Of a DNA stretch of 64,000 nt, positions 19,701 through 27,446 are shown piece after piece. The notes beneath the pieces are model-generated. The model was not told where the DNA came from. It did no database searches and saw nothing but the letters and a program-made list of their open reading frames with translations. The stretch is from NCBI GenBank assembly GCA_040386535.1, contig JAZKFH010000055.1:32001-96000 (forward strand), read 5' to 3'. Both the position numbers and the translations under genes were made by a program. The stretch's first letter is position 1. Each line of letters starts with the position of its first letter. This DNA is from Myxococcota bacterium. GTDB lineage: Bacteria; Myxococcota_A; UBA796; SXON01.

Positions 19701-19967
19701 CTCCTCCAGCTCGCCGCGCTTGCGGGCCACGAAGGCCTGGCGATCGAACGCGGAGACCAGGAAACGGTTCTCGCCCGGGACGTTCCGCTGCTTGTCGAGG
19801 TCGTCCTTGTTCGTGTCGATCGCGATGAAGTGGGTCATCGCGGAGATGCGGTCCCAATTCGGGTGGCGACGGAGCTTGCCGGCGAGGAGGTTGACGATCT
19901 TCCCCCCGTTCCCGCCGAGCCCGACGAACAGCGTCGGCTTGAACTTGTCCTTGGCGATAATTCCCAT
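16752..19967 (-). CDS. Large tubulin/FtsZ-like GTPase (Tubulin_2 / FtsZl1-type), about 1070 aa
   Basis: ATG 19967 with a GAGGGG RBS. T1 loop GLGGNGG, FIAIDT, GAGQIR, the tubulin signature SIAGGTGSG, and ANGYAALKEL. A long helical C-terminus contains YPLHIE. Confidence 0.88.
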   Translation of the reverse strand: MGIIAKDKFKPTLFVGLGGNGGKIVNLLAGKLRRHPNWDRISAMTHFIAIDTNKDDLDKQRNVPGENRFLVSAFDRQAFVARKRGELEEREDTMVTQWIPQNYKFRGAQGAGAGQIRIESRLGLYYNLEDDNRARIRKKLAEVLDEATRRDNPWRDNADRVVQVVLYASIAGGTGSGGFIPMAYLLRDVVLDNGWGRPNVVGVLSMPTTFLDKVKPELQADIMANGYAALKELEYLTRQLGYEGGQEEIEFHYDPGKPEHRMVKDRPFSLTYIVDRPDRVSIERYEHAVADASFLQIFSPLLGAQAGEYDNYDKHQKKLANGHFSVHYAAFGTAILHLPRRDIVKYASLRYVARAFRDYLCFGGDDPAFRVNYGDPAFEQQDRAVKDRQIDDKFLAYVAWRAQDEERSNIKGVFSAIQAQTAKDARSIPVAFRAKLAQIYERLTELIAVNDIEPQMISPGNPSIERPIANLRKDFAESQTKVRGYLEAQVADLTNGRTFGGFFNDMEVNPIAQRYFLIQLLREAFIAPTEDEEEGFLKQEAGGRRDIDGQGVQDEKARLQTDLATHANPGFFTKIVDRENAAFRAAKQRAIGFYQDLAQEHREDLKRTFWRTFEGKLREVGGTLLSAFRNVSQVAEFTARETEAATERFRKDPGADPTSDVAQYYLDAEALRDDRRRERLWNVFYAHRLDRASLFDTKKIFAEVTTAFAPARDADGRLRERDASEIVAVVKDRLGAQANDVYARALESMNLDLGSALELEQRYIACLDDGVDFDALRREGKLDDTIAAVDARRVERGLEDRLKRVTDDCVLLAQMDHSKRGDTTVRPADVFLAGLHSRFATDEAGALGSILRRVASGVQLLPDWEERDSLVLYRAQLGVPVYWFKNVASVLYPAYRKVRDDKTRSYPLHIEAAWESEPGLPDLDPLEIRRAEERRVQEDEVRRQRDERARRVRAFTLVNLFGGILEEDGVLSWSSSGARGTLGKERAVAFQGYEALKPGLRTDIEEDAVRQWGQLRVDTGGRGRLRAELGALQERLKRAYGKANAEGRDAEVRFIEEEREAARGLDAEVSG

Positions 19968-19993
19968 CTGCCGCCCCTCTACTCGAAATACGA

Positions 19994-22078
19994 TTAGTCG
20001 AATCTCACGTGGAGATTGCCGACGCGGTATACCACGCCGGGTGTGTAGCCCAGGGAGAGCTCGCCCGTCTCGACCGGCTCCCATTTGGCGGTCCGGCGAT
20101 TCTTCTTCTCCAGGCCGTTCGTCTTCTTGAACCGGGTGCTCCCGCCCGCGCCGGCCTCGAGCACGAGGATCGCGAGCCCGGGCTTGCGGAGGAAGTCGCC
20201 GTCCGCGGAGAGGCAGGCACGGCCGTCGCGGTAAAAGCCTCGCCGCCCGCCCGGCTGTTCGCGGAGGACCAGCGCTGTGCCACGCTTCAAGCCGGCTTCA
20301 CTCCCGGCGATTCGAACGGTGGCGGCGGGGTCGAAATCATGGGGCCGCAGGAAACCCACGACGAGCCACAGCCCGGTGAACGTGCCGACGGTGCCCGCGA
20401 TCCACGGCCACCAGCAGCGGAAAAAACCAGTGGCGTCGATGGCGAAGGAGACGGGGACGCGCACCGCGCCGGGCGCGTAGTGGGGGTTCGCCCCGACGAG
20501 CGTGACGGACGGGGCCCCGGTAGAGGATGCGGCGTCGCAACAGCCTGGTGCCTCGACGCACACCTCCCACCGCTGGGGCTGGCCACGATTGGCCCCGACC
20601 GTGGCCTCCGAGCCGGCGACAGGCGTGCACGTCGCCACCAAGGGGCCCTCGCCCTGGCCTTCGAACCCTGCCGGCGTGCAGGTGATCGGCACCCGATCGG
20701 CGTTCTTCGACCCCGATAGATCCAGCGTGGCGCAGCGCCGGGTGCCCCCCCGTTCGCCTCTCCACTGGCCGAGGTCGATGGGGTTGGGGTTGACGGCGAG
20801 GGTGAGGTCGAGGAACCCCTCCACGGTCACGGGCCGGCGGGCCGACAGATCGAGCCATGTGTTGGTGAAGCGGACCTGGGCTTGCACCGGGCGTCCGTCC
20901 ACGGAGGGGCCGGTAGGCGACCAAGCGCCGCGGAAGTGACCGTCGCCGCTGTGGGTGAGGAGGACCTCCTGCCCGTCGACCTCCAACACCGCGCGGAACC
21001 CGTCGGCGGCAAAGAACGCGGCGTCATCGAAGGTCTGCCCTCGGAAGAGCAGCTCGGCCTCGATCGGCACGGTGTCGCCGACCTGGGCGCGCGGCGGGAT
21101 GACGAGGGAGGGGACGAGGTCGTAGCGGAGGATGACGCCGTACTCCACGTCGCCGGGGGCGGCCGGCACGGAGAGCGTCCACTGGCTCGGAACGGTCGGG
21201 TCGTTCGGCGCGCGGAAGACGACGTAGTGGCGGCGCGGATCGTCGCAGATCTTCGGAGCGTTCGCCAGCGCCACGTCACGCGGACAGCCGTTGTCGCCGG
21301 ACGCCTGCACCGGCACGCTCCCCTTAGGCCCGGCGAGCGCCGCGGTGTAGGCGGGACCGGGCTCCGTGGAGGCGGTCATCGCGAGCACCTCGACCACGAA
21401 GCGGGGCACCGCGAAGGTCTTCGAGCCACCGCTCGCGAGGGTGCCGACCTCAGGGCGGGAGCCGAGCGCCCGCGCGTAGCCGTTGGTGAACGCGCGCAGC
21501 ACCTGGTTCGCGTCGTTCATGAAGGTCAGCGCGTCGGGCGTGCGCGCCATCGGCCGCAGGAAGATCTCGCCCTGGGCGCGCGCGTCGTCGCTGCCGAACA
21601 GGCCGAGGATCACGGTGTCGAGCGCGTCGTTCGTCTCCAGCCCGGCGATCCGCGGCGACTCGTCAGGCTGCACGTCGCTCGGAGCGCCGTCCGTGAAGAA
21701 GAGGAGGAGCTTCTTCTCGCGGTCGGAGGCTTCGAGGCGGCGTCGGGCCTCCTCGAGCGGGCGGCGAAAGAACGTGCCGCCGCTGTAGGGGAGGGCGCGG
21801 ATGGCGGCGGCGTCGGTGACGACGGGCGGCGCCGCCTTTTCGTCGACGCCGAAGCCGATGACGGTGACCCGATCGGTCGAGCCGCGCGCGAGTCCCTCGA
21901 CGACGAGGGTGCCGAGGACCGCGGCGCGCTCGGGGTCGTTGGGGGGAAGCACTTGGTTCGTACCGTCGACACGGGCGCCGGCCGCCATCGAGCACGAGGT
22001 GTCGAGGACGAGCGCCATCTCGACGCCGGGCGAGGCGTGGGCGGGGCCCGCGAGTAGCGCGAGAAGGGACGGAATCAT
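19994..22078 (-). CDS. Exported vWA-domain single-pass membrane protein with Cys-rich stalk and cytoplasmic beta-domain
   Basis: Start ATG 22078 (ATGA overlap). Signal peptide MIPSLLALLAGPAHA; MIDAS motif DTSCSM...GGT...FFTDG; TM WIAGTVGTFTGLWLVVGFL. Confidence 0.8.
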   Translation of the reverse strand: MIPSLLALLAGPAHASPGVEMALVLDTSCSMAAGARVDGTNQVLPPNDPERAAVLGTLVVEGLARGSTDRVTVIGFGVDEKAAPPVVTDAAAIRALPYSGGTFFRRPLEEARRRLEASDREKKLLLFFTDGAPSDVQPDESPRIAGLETNDALDTVILGLFGSDDARAQGEIFLRPMARTPDALTFMNDANQVLRAFTNGYARALGSRPEVGTLASGGSKTFAVPRFVVEVLAMTASTEPGPAYTAALAGPKGSVPVQASGDNGCPRDVALANAPKICDDPRRHYVVFRAPNDPTVPSQWTLSVPAAPGDVEYGVILRYDLVPSLVIPPRAQVGDTVPIEAELLFRGQTFDDAAFFAADGFRAVLEVDGQEVLLTHSGDGHFRGAWSPTGPSVDGRPVQAQVRFTNTWLDLSARRPVTVEGFLDLTLAVNPNPIDLGQWRGERGGTRRCATLDLSGSKNADRVPITCTPAGFEGQGEGPLVATCTPVAGSEATVGANRGQPQRWEVCVEAPGCCDAASSTGAPSVTLVGANPHYAPGAVRVPVSFAIDATGFFRCWWPWIAGTVGTFTGLWLVVGFLRPHDFDPAATVRIAGSEAGLKRGTALVLREQPGGRRGFYRDGRACLSADGDFLRKPGLAILVLEAGAGGSTRFKKTNGLEKKNRRTAKWEPVETGELSLGYTPGVVYRVGNLHVRFD

Positions 22079-24282
22079 CCGGGGTCCACCTGGAAACAGG
22101 TGCTGCCGGCGCGGTAGATCGCGCGCGGCGACGGGGCGTGGCCGGTACGGCCGTCGGGCACGTCCTTCCAGGAGCGGGTGCGCGGGTCGTAGACCTCGAC
22201 GGGGACCGACGCCAGGAGGATCAGGCGATTGGGCCCGCGCGTCGCCCGCAGGCGGACCAGCGCGTTGCGCGTGCGGCCGTTCACGTCCCCGTCGGCGTGC
22301 AGGCCGAGCGCGGCGTCCCGGTAGAAGCCCGAGGACGCGCCGGGGCACTCGACCAACACGAGCGCGCTGGACTTCTTCAGGCCCTTCTCCGAGCCGGCGA
22401 CCTTCACCGTCGCGGACGGGGAGAAGCGCGCGGGCCGGAGGACGCCGAGCAGGAGGAGGCCGAGCAGGGACAGCACCGCGGACGGGCCGAGCCAGACGCC
22501 GTGACAGCGGTACCAGGGAAGACCGGTGACCTGCCACCGGAGCGCGACAGTCTTCTGTTCAGCGGCGAATTGGGGCGTGAGCGGCATCACGCGCAAGCCG
22601 GCGTCGGGCGGCGAGCGATCGGCCGCGCAGCGCGGCACGTCCAGGCAGAGGAGGAAGAACGGGTTCAACGGATCGAGCGCCGCCACCTGCCGGACGGTGC
22701 CGAGGTCCATCTTGTCATTGTCGCCGTTCGCGTTTCGGTACCCGAAGACGGGCCGCGCCTCGCACGTGCCGCTGCCGACGGCCTCAAGCTCCCAACCGTG
22801 CTCCATTGCCGCCTGTGACCGGCTCATGTCGAGCGGCTTGCAGGTCTCGCTCCAGGGCGTCCCTGCGGCGACCGTGCCGAAGTCCAGCACGTCGTCCAGC
22901 ACGAGCTTCAGCGGGAGGCGCACGCGTACCTCTACCGGCGGCATCACGACGGGTGTGCCGGCGGTGCCGCCTACCGACGCGGGCACGATCTCCAGGCGCC
23001 AGGAGTGGCTGCCGACGCTCGTGTACACGCCGTCGAAGCGGTACCGGTCATCAGAATGCGTAGACGAACGGGCGAGCTCGGCGCCGTTGTCGTAGAGGAT
23101 TACGGCGGTGGCGGGGTCGGCGAGGAGCGCGTCCACGCGCTGGCGGGCCGCGCCGCTCTCGGGGCGGACGAGGCTCACCACCCCGCCGCAGGGCAGGCCG
23201 ACGTAGCAGACGCCGGGCAGGTCGGAGACGTCGAAGCCGATGCCGATGTCGCTGACCGTCGCCTGGGCAACGGCCTTGCCGGGGCAGACCACGCGCCCCC
23301 CCGCGTTGCCGCCCGCCCGGATGGTGAGGGCGCGAGGGGTGGGGGAGGGGGGCGGTGTCCACGTGGCCTGGAGGTTCGCGTCGGCGGGCAGGGTCACGTC
23401 TGGGGTGCCGGCAAGGCTCACCGTGAACGTGAGCGAGGGGGACCCGGCAGTGCTGGAGGGGACCGGCACCTGGTCGGCCTTGTCGAAGAGGGCGGCGCTC
23501 AACGAGGTAGGCTGCCCGCTCGCGAGGGCCGCGCCGGCGGCGGGGGCGAGGACGCGGGCGCGGAAGGCGCAGACGTCGACGGTGAAGGCCAGTGGCGCGG
23601 AGGTGGGCCCGCCCATCGTCTCGTTCTTCGCGAGGGTGGGGGTGTCCGGGACGAACGTGACGGTGGGGGCCGCGGAGGCGGGGAGGACGATGTCGGCAAC
23701 GACCCTGCCGTCGGGCCGGATGCGGGCGGGGACGATCCTCGCGGGGCCCACGCCGTCATCGACGACGAAGTGTCCGCCCGCGATGGGGTGCACGGCGCCC
23801 TGGTCGTCGCGCAGGCTCGCCTCGATGGTGACGGTGTCGTCTACGCTGTAGGGCCCCGGCGAGACGTGGTCGATCGTCGGGCGCAGCACGGTCGGGGCTG
23901 GAGGCGGCGCGACGCGATCCTGCCCGTCCACAACGTGCTGGAAGATTGTGTCGGCCTTGGCGTGTTTTGCGCACAGCGGCGACTCTGGGTCGAGCGCCCG
24001 CCAGGTCGGGTTGCGGGAGAGGAACGACGACTGGCACGTGCTGTCCTGCTCGTCCCAGCAGCTCCAGCATCGTGTGCCGTCCGTCACGAAGTTGTGATGG
24101 TGCCATGCCCCGTGCACGTTGCTCTGGGCGGGCTGGCCGCAGGCATCGGCGTTGTTCGGCGGTGTTCCGTCGTAACCACCGACACAGTAGGTCACGCCGA
24201 GCTGGAAGAGGGCGTCCAATGGCCCGGCGTGCGCGGGCGGCGCCGTGGCAAGCAGCCCGATGAGGAGCGGGGTGGCGGACAT
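22075..24282 (-). CDS. Exported Cys/His-rich single-pass membrane protein, C-terminally paralogous to the downstream vWA protein
   Basis: Signal peptide (MSATPLLIGLLATAPPAHA), N-terminal HGAWHHHN...CWSCW, beta-rich segments, TM SAVLSLLGLLLLGVL. The cytoplasmic tail is similar to that of 19994..22078. Confidence 0.7.
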   Translation of the reverse strand: MSATPLLIGLLATAPPAHAGPLDALFQLGVTYCVGGYDGTPPNNADACGQPAQSNVHGAWHHHNFVTDGTRCWSCWDEQDSTCQSSFLSRNPTWRALDPESPLCAKHAKADTIFQHVVDGQDRVAPPPAPTVLRPTIDHVSPGPYSVDDTVTIEASLRDDQGAVHPIAGGHFVVDDGVGPARIVPARIRPDGRVVADIVLPASAAPTVTFVPDTPTLAKNETMGGPTSAPLAFTVDVCAFRARVLAPAAGAALASGQPTSLSAALFDKADQVPVPSSTAGSPSLTFTVSLAGTPDVTLPADANLQATWTPPPSPTPRALTIRAGGNAGGRVVCPGKAVAQATVSDIGIGFDVSDLPGVCYVGLPCGGVVSLVRPESGAARQRVDALLADPATAVILYDNGAELARSSTHSDDRYRFDGVYTSVGSHSWRLEIVPASVGGTAGTPVVMPPVEVRVRLPLKLVLDDVLDFGTVAAGTPWSETCKPLDMSRSQAAMEHGWELEAVGSGTCEARPVFGYRNANGDNDKMDLGTVRQVAALDPLNPFFLLCLDVPRCAADRSPPDAGLRVMPLTPQFAAEQKTVALRWQVTGLPWYRCHGVWLGPSAVLSLLGLLLLGVLRPARFSPSATVKVAGSEKGLKKSSALVLVECPGASSGFYRDAALGLHADGDVNGRTRNALVRLRATRGPNRLILLASVPVEVYDPRTRSWKDVPDGRTGHAPSPRAIYRAGSTCFQVDPG

Positions 24283-25619
24283 CAGGGCGTGGGCGAAGGA
24301 GTGGGGGCCGGAGCGGCGTCGGGGGCCGGAGCGGTGGGTTCCTTCTCCGGTGCTTCTTCAGCCGGAGCTGGGGTTCCAAGTGAGGGCTTCGGCGGCTCCT
24401 TCGCCTCCGCTCCCGCGGCTTCGGCGCCGGTGGTCTCGGCGCGCGCGGGGACCTCGGCGGCTCCGAAGTGAGTGAGTCCGAGCGCCATGGTGACGACCAG
24501 CATCGTGACCATTCCCGCGCCAAACGCCGCGCCGAGCAACACCGCCAGCATCGGGAGGTCCATGACCCGTCGCTCCACGGCCGCGCGCGCGGGCTTGGAG
24601 CCGCGTCGTGGGGCCGCCTCGGAGACGGTGGGCTCGTCCGCTGGCCGGCCGTACATCGGCGAGACCTCAGCGCGTGGAGCGGGGCGAGGCGCCACCCCGT
24701 CGGGCAGCGTGCCCTCGGAGACGTACGGGTCCTGGGGAACGTGCGGTGGTTCGCTCCGGGATGGGACGGGAGCCGCTGGCTCCGGGACCGGCGCGATCGG
24801 CCGCATCGGCGGCTCGGTGAGGCGGGTCCCGGGCAGGAACGGGGAGGCGGGCTCGGTTCGGCGCGCGGGGATCTGGTCCGCCTCGTAGAGCGCCACGATC
24901 ACCGTGATGTTGTCGTGGCCACCGCGGGCGTTCGCGGCGTCGACCAGGCGCTGCGCCGCGGTGGCCGGATCGGTGCCGGCCATGAGAGCCGCGATCTCCT
25001 CGTCACTGAGGAGATCGTAGAGGCCGTCGCTGCACAGGAGGAGCACGTCGCGCGGCTGGAGCTCCAGCGGCTCGTTCCACGAGGTCGGCTTGAACGTGTC
25101 GCGCACGCCAGCCCCGCCGCCGAGCGCTTGCGTCAAGATGTGGGCGTCGGGATGCGATTTTGCCTCCGGCGCGGAGAGGATGCCGCGGCGCACCATCTCG
25201 GCCACCCGCGTGTGGTCCTCCGAACCGGACACGCGCACACCGTCGCGCAGCTGGTACAGCCGGCTGTCACCCACCCAGCCGATCCAGCAGCGGTCCCCGG
25301 TCACCCGCGCGACGACAGCCGTGGTCCCCATGTCCGGCATGCCGCGCCGCTCGGCCTCCGCCACCACCGCGGCGTTCGCGCCCACGAGCGCATTGAAGAT
25401 GACGACGGTCGGGTTCGCCGTCCGGTCCGCGCGGAGCGACGCCAGGATGAACTCCGAGGCCACTTCGCTCGCCACCTCTCCGCCCTCGTGGCCGCCCATG
25501 CCGTCGCACACGAGCAGGATCCAGTCGTCGTCGCGCCCCTCGACACGGAAGTTGTCCTCGTTGAGCGAGCGCTCCATCCCGACGTGCGAGAGCGCGGCGA
25601 CCTGCAGTGGCGGCCTCAT
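24282..25619 (-). CDS. PP2C/Stp1-family Ser/Thr protein phosphatase with Pro-rich linker and TM helix
   Basis: SHVGMERSLNED, VCDGMGGHEGGEVAS, MGTT, VGDSRLY, LLCSDGL and GGHDNIT motifs; TM LAVLLGAAFGAGMVTMLVVTMALGL. Confidence 0.93.
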   Translation of the reverse strand: MRPPLQVAALSHVGMERSLNEDNFRVEGRDDDWILLVCDGMGGHEGGEVASEVASEFILASLRADRTANPTVVIFNALVGANAAVVAEAERRGMPDMGTTAVVARVTGDRCWIGWVGDSRLYQLRDGVRVSGSEDHTRVAEMVRRGILSAPEAKSHPDAHILTQALGGGAGVRDTFKPTSWNEPLELQPRDVLLLCSDGLYDLLSDEEIAALMAGTDPATAAQRLVDAANARGGHDNITVIVALYEADQIPARRTEPASPFLPGTRLTEPPMRPIAPVPEPAAPVPSRSEPPHVPQDPYVSEGTLPDGVAPRPAPRAEVSPMYGRPADEPTVSEAAPRRGSKPARAAVERRVMDLPMLAVLLGAAFGAGMVTMLVVTMALGLTHFGAAEVPARAETTGAEAAGAEAKEPPKPSLGTPAPAEEAPEKEPTAPAPDAAPAPTPSPTP

Positions 25620-27445
25620 TGTTCCTCCCCGGGCGGCTTCACGGGCGCGAAGACTGTCTGTGAGCGCTTCCTCGGGGGCGCCGCTTCCGACCCGCCAAGG
25701 TTCACGACGGAGCCCGCCGCGGTCTGGGGGAGCTGGGCGGGCGCCGGGTTCGCCTCGACCGGCGGGGCCAGCCCAGGCTGGTCGATCCGCAGCTCGAGCT
25801 GCCGGGAGAGGCCGAGCACATCTCCGTGTTTGAGGGCGACGCGCTCGTTCTTCTGGAGCAACCGGCCGTTCACGTACGTGCCGTTGGTCGACTCGAGGTC
25901 GGTCACGAAGACAGTACCGAGCTTGTAGAGCTCCAGCTTCGCGTGGCGCCCGCTGACCTGGGCGACGTCGAACACGAGGTCGACGTCGCCTTCCGCCCGC
26001 GCGCCGAGGGTCAGGCTCTGCTTGTGCATCCGGTACATGGGACGGAGCCCGGACCCGGAAGGCGCCGTCACCAGGAGCAACCGGGTCTCGGGGAGGCCAG
26101 CGATGGCGAAGTCGTCGTGCGTCGGGAGCGGCGCGGCCGGAGCCACGTAGTCATGCGCGGGCTCGACGGACGGCGCGGCCCTGGGAGGGCTGGGAGGCGG
26201 AACCGGAGCGGGAGGTACAACGGACGACCCGGCGGACCTGGGTGGAGGACCGGCGGCCGGTCCACGCTTCCGGCCGAGCAGGAAGGCGAGGAGGCCGAGG
26301 CCGAGGGCGGTCGCTACGAGCGCGCTCGCGCCGAGGATCCACCAGCCCCAAGGGGGCGACGCGGCCGGCCCAGGGGTGGTCACGGGCACCACCGGGTCAG
26401 CCGCAGGTGGCGTGACCGTGGCCGTTGCGGCGTCGTCGGGGCAGGCCGCCGCTGCGGGGCCGAGGCCGTCCTGATCGAACGGCACCCGGTCCGACCACGC
26501 CCGACGCTGACCGCCCTCCACGATCTCGACGGAGAGCGCATCGGAGGGGGTGGCGCCTGACGCCGCGGGCACGCCGCAGAACGAGAGGTCGAGCCAGACC
26601 GTGCGGCGGGCGCTCTCCGCGATCGAGACGAGCTGGGCCGGGGCGGCGGCGTCCCCGCCGGTGACGCTGATGCCGCCGGTCTCATCCGCGAGGCGCCGCA
26701 TCTCGTCGAGGCGCTGCGCGAGGTTCTTGCCGCGGGTGGGGGGGAACACGACCACGTGCACCTCGACGCCCCGCGAACGCGCGGAGGTGACGAGGTCCTC
26801 GATGCTGTAGGCGGTCGACTCCTCGCCCGCGTCGGTGAAGACGACGACTTGCCGGAGCCCACCCGCCGCTACCGGCTGCCCGGCGGCGGCGTGCTCCACG
26901 CACTCCTCGACCAGCGACTTCAGCCGGGTGACGGCTTCCTTCCCGGGGGTCACGGCGTCGAGGAGGCCGCCGATGCCGGGTCCGTCCGTTGCCTTGCCAA
27001 CGACATTCAGCGTGGTTCCGAAGGTCACCACTTCGGTCGTGTGCCGCCCATTCGGCGGAACCGCGTTGGCGTACCGGCGCGCGAGGGCCACGGCGTCCAG
27101 CGTGTTCGGCGCGAACGAACCCGAAGCGTCGAACGCCAGGATCGTGTAGACAGGCTCCTGTTCGGCGCGCGTGACCTTGTGCACCGTCGCGCGGCCACGT
27201 CCCGGTCCGAGCACGACGCCGAACGAGGATGGCTCGAGCTGCGGCGTCGTGATGCGGGCGAGCAGCGCGGGGTCACGAATGTCGACCGACACGCGGGCCG
27301 CGCCGTGGCGGGCGGGCGTGAGGGTGGTGACCGCCACACCCTGCCCGGACGCCCACGCGGGGCCCGTGAGCATGAGGAGCACAAGCATACTTGAGACGAT
27401 GGGGCGCCCGGCACGCGAGGCGTAGTCGTGCTCGGAGGGAGACAC
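25616..27445 (-). CDS. vWA-TM-FHA membrane protein
   Basis: MIDAS DASGS...VFTDAG; TM WWILGASALVATALGLGLLAFLL; FHA motifs VSGRHA, DLESTNGTYVNG and LKHGDVL. The true start may be the later Met (MLVLLML). Confidence 0.85.
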   Translation of the reverse strand: MSPSEHDYASRAGRPIVSSMLVLLMLTGPAWASGQGVAVTTLTPARHGAARVSVDIRDPALLARITTPQLEPSSFGVVLGPGRGRATVHKVTRAEQEPVYTILAFDASGSFAPNTLDAVALARRYANAVPPNGRHTTEVVTFGTTLNVVGKATDGPGIGGLLDAVTPGKEAVTRLKSLVEECVEHAAAGQPVAAGGLRQVVVFTDAGEESTAYSIEDLVTSARSRGVEVHVVVFPPTRGKNLAQRLDEMRRLADETGGISVTGGDAAAPAQLVSIAESARRTVWLDLSFCGVPAASGATPSDALSVEIVEGGQRRAWSDRVPFDQDGLGPAAAACPDDAATATVTPPAADPVVPVTTPGPAASPPWGWWILGASALVATALGLGLLAFLLGRKRGPAAGPPPRSAGSSVVPPAPVPPPSPPRAAPSVEPAHDYVAPAAPLPTHDDFAIAGLPETRLLLVTAPSGSGLRPMYRMHKQSLTLGARAEGDVDLVFDVAQVSGRHAKLELYKLGTVFVTDLESTNGTYVNGRLLQKNERVALKHGDVLGLSRQLELRIDQPGLAPPVEANPAPAQLPQTAAGSVVNLGGSEAAPPRKRSQTVFAPVKPPGEEQ

Positions 27446-27446
27446 G

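Noticed and set aside
16752..19967. Cell-division ftsZ
   Set aside because: It is far longer than FtsZ, has no dcw-cluster context, and its C-terminus is divergent.
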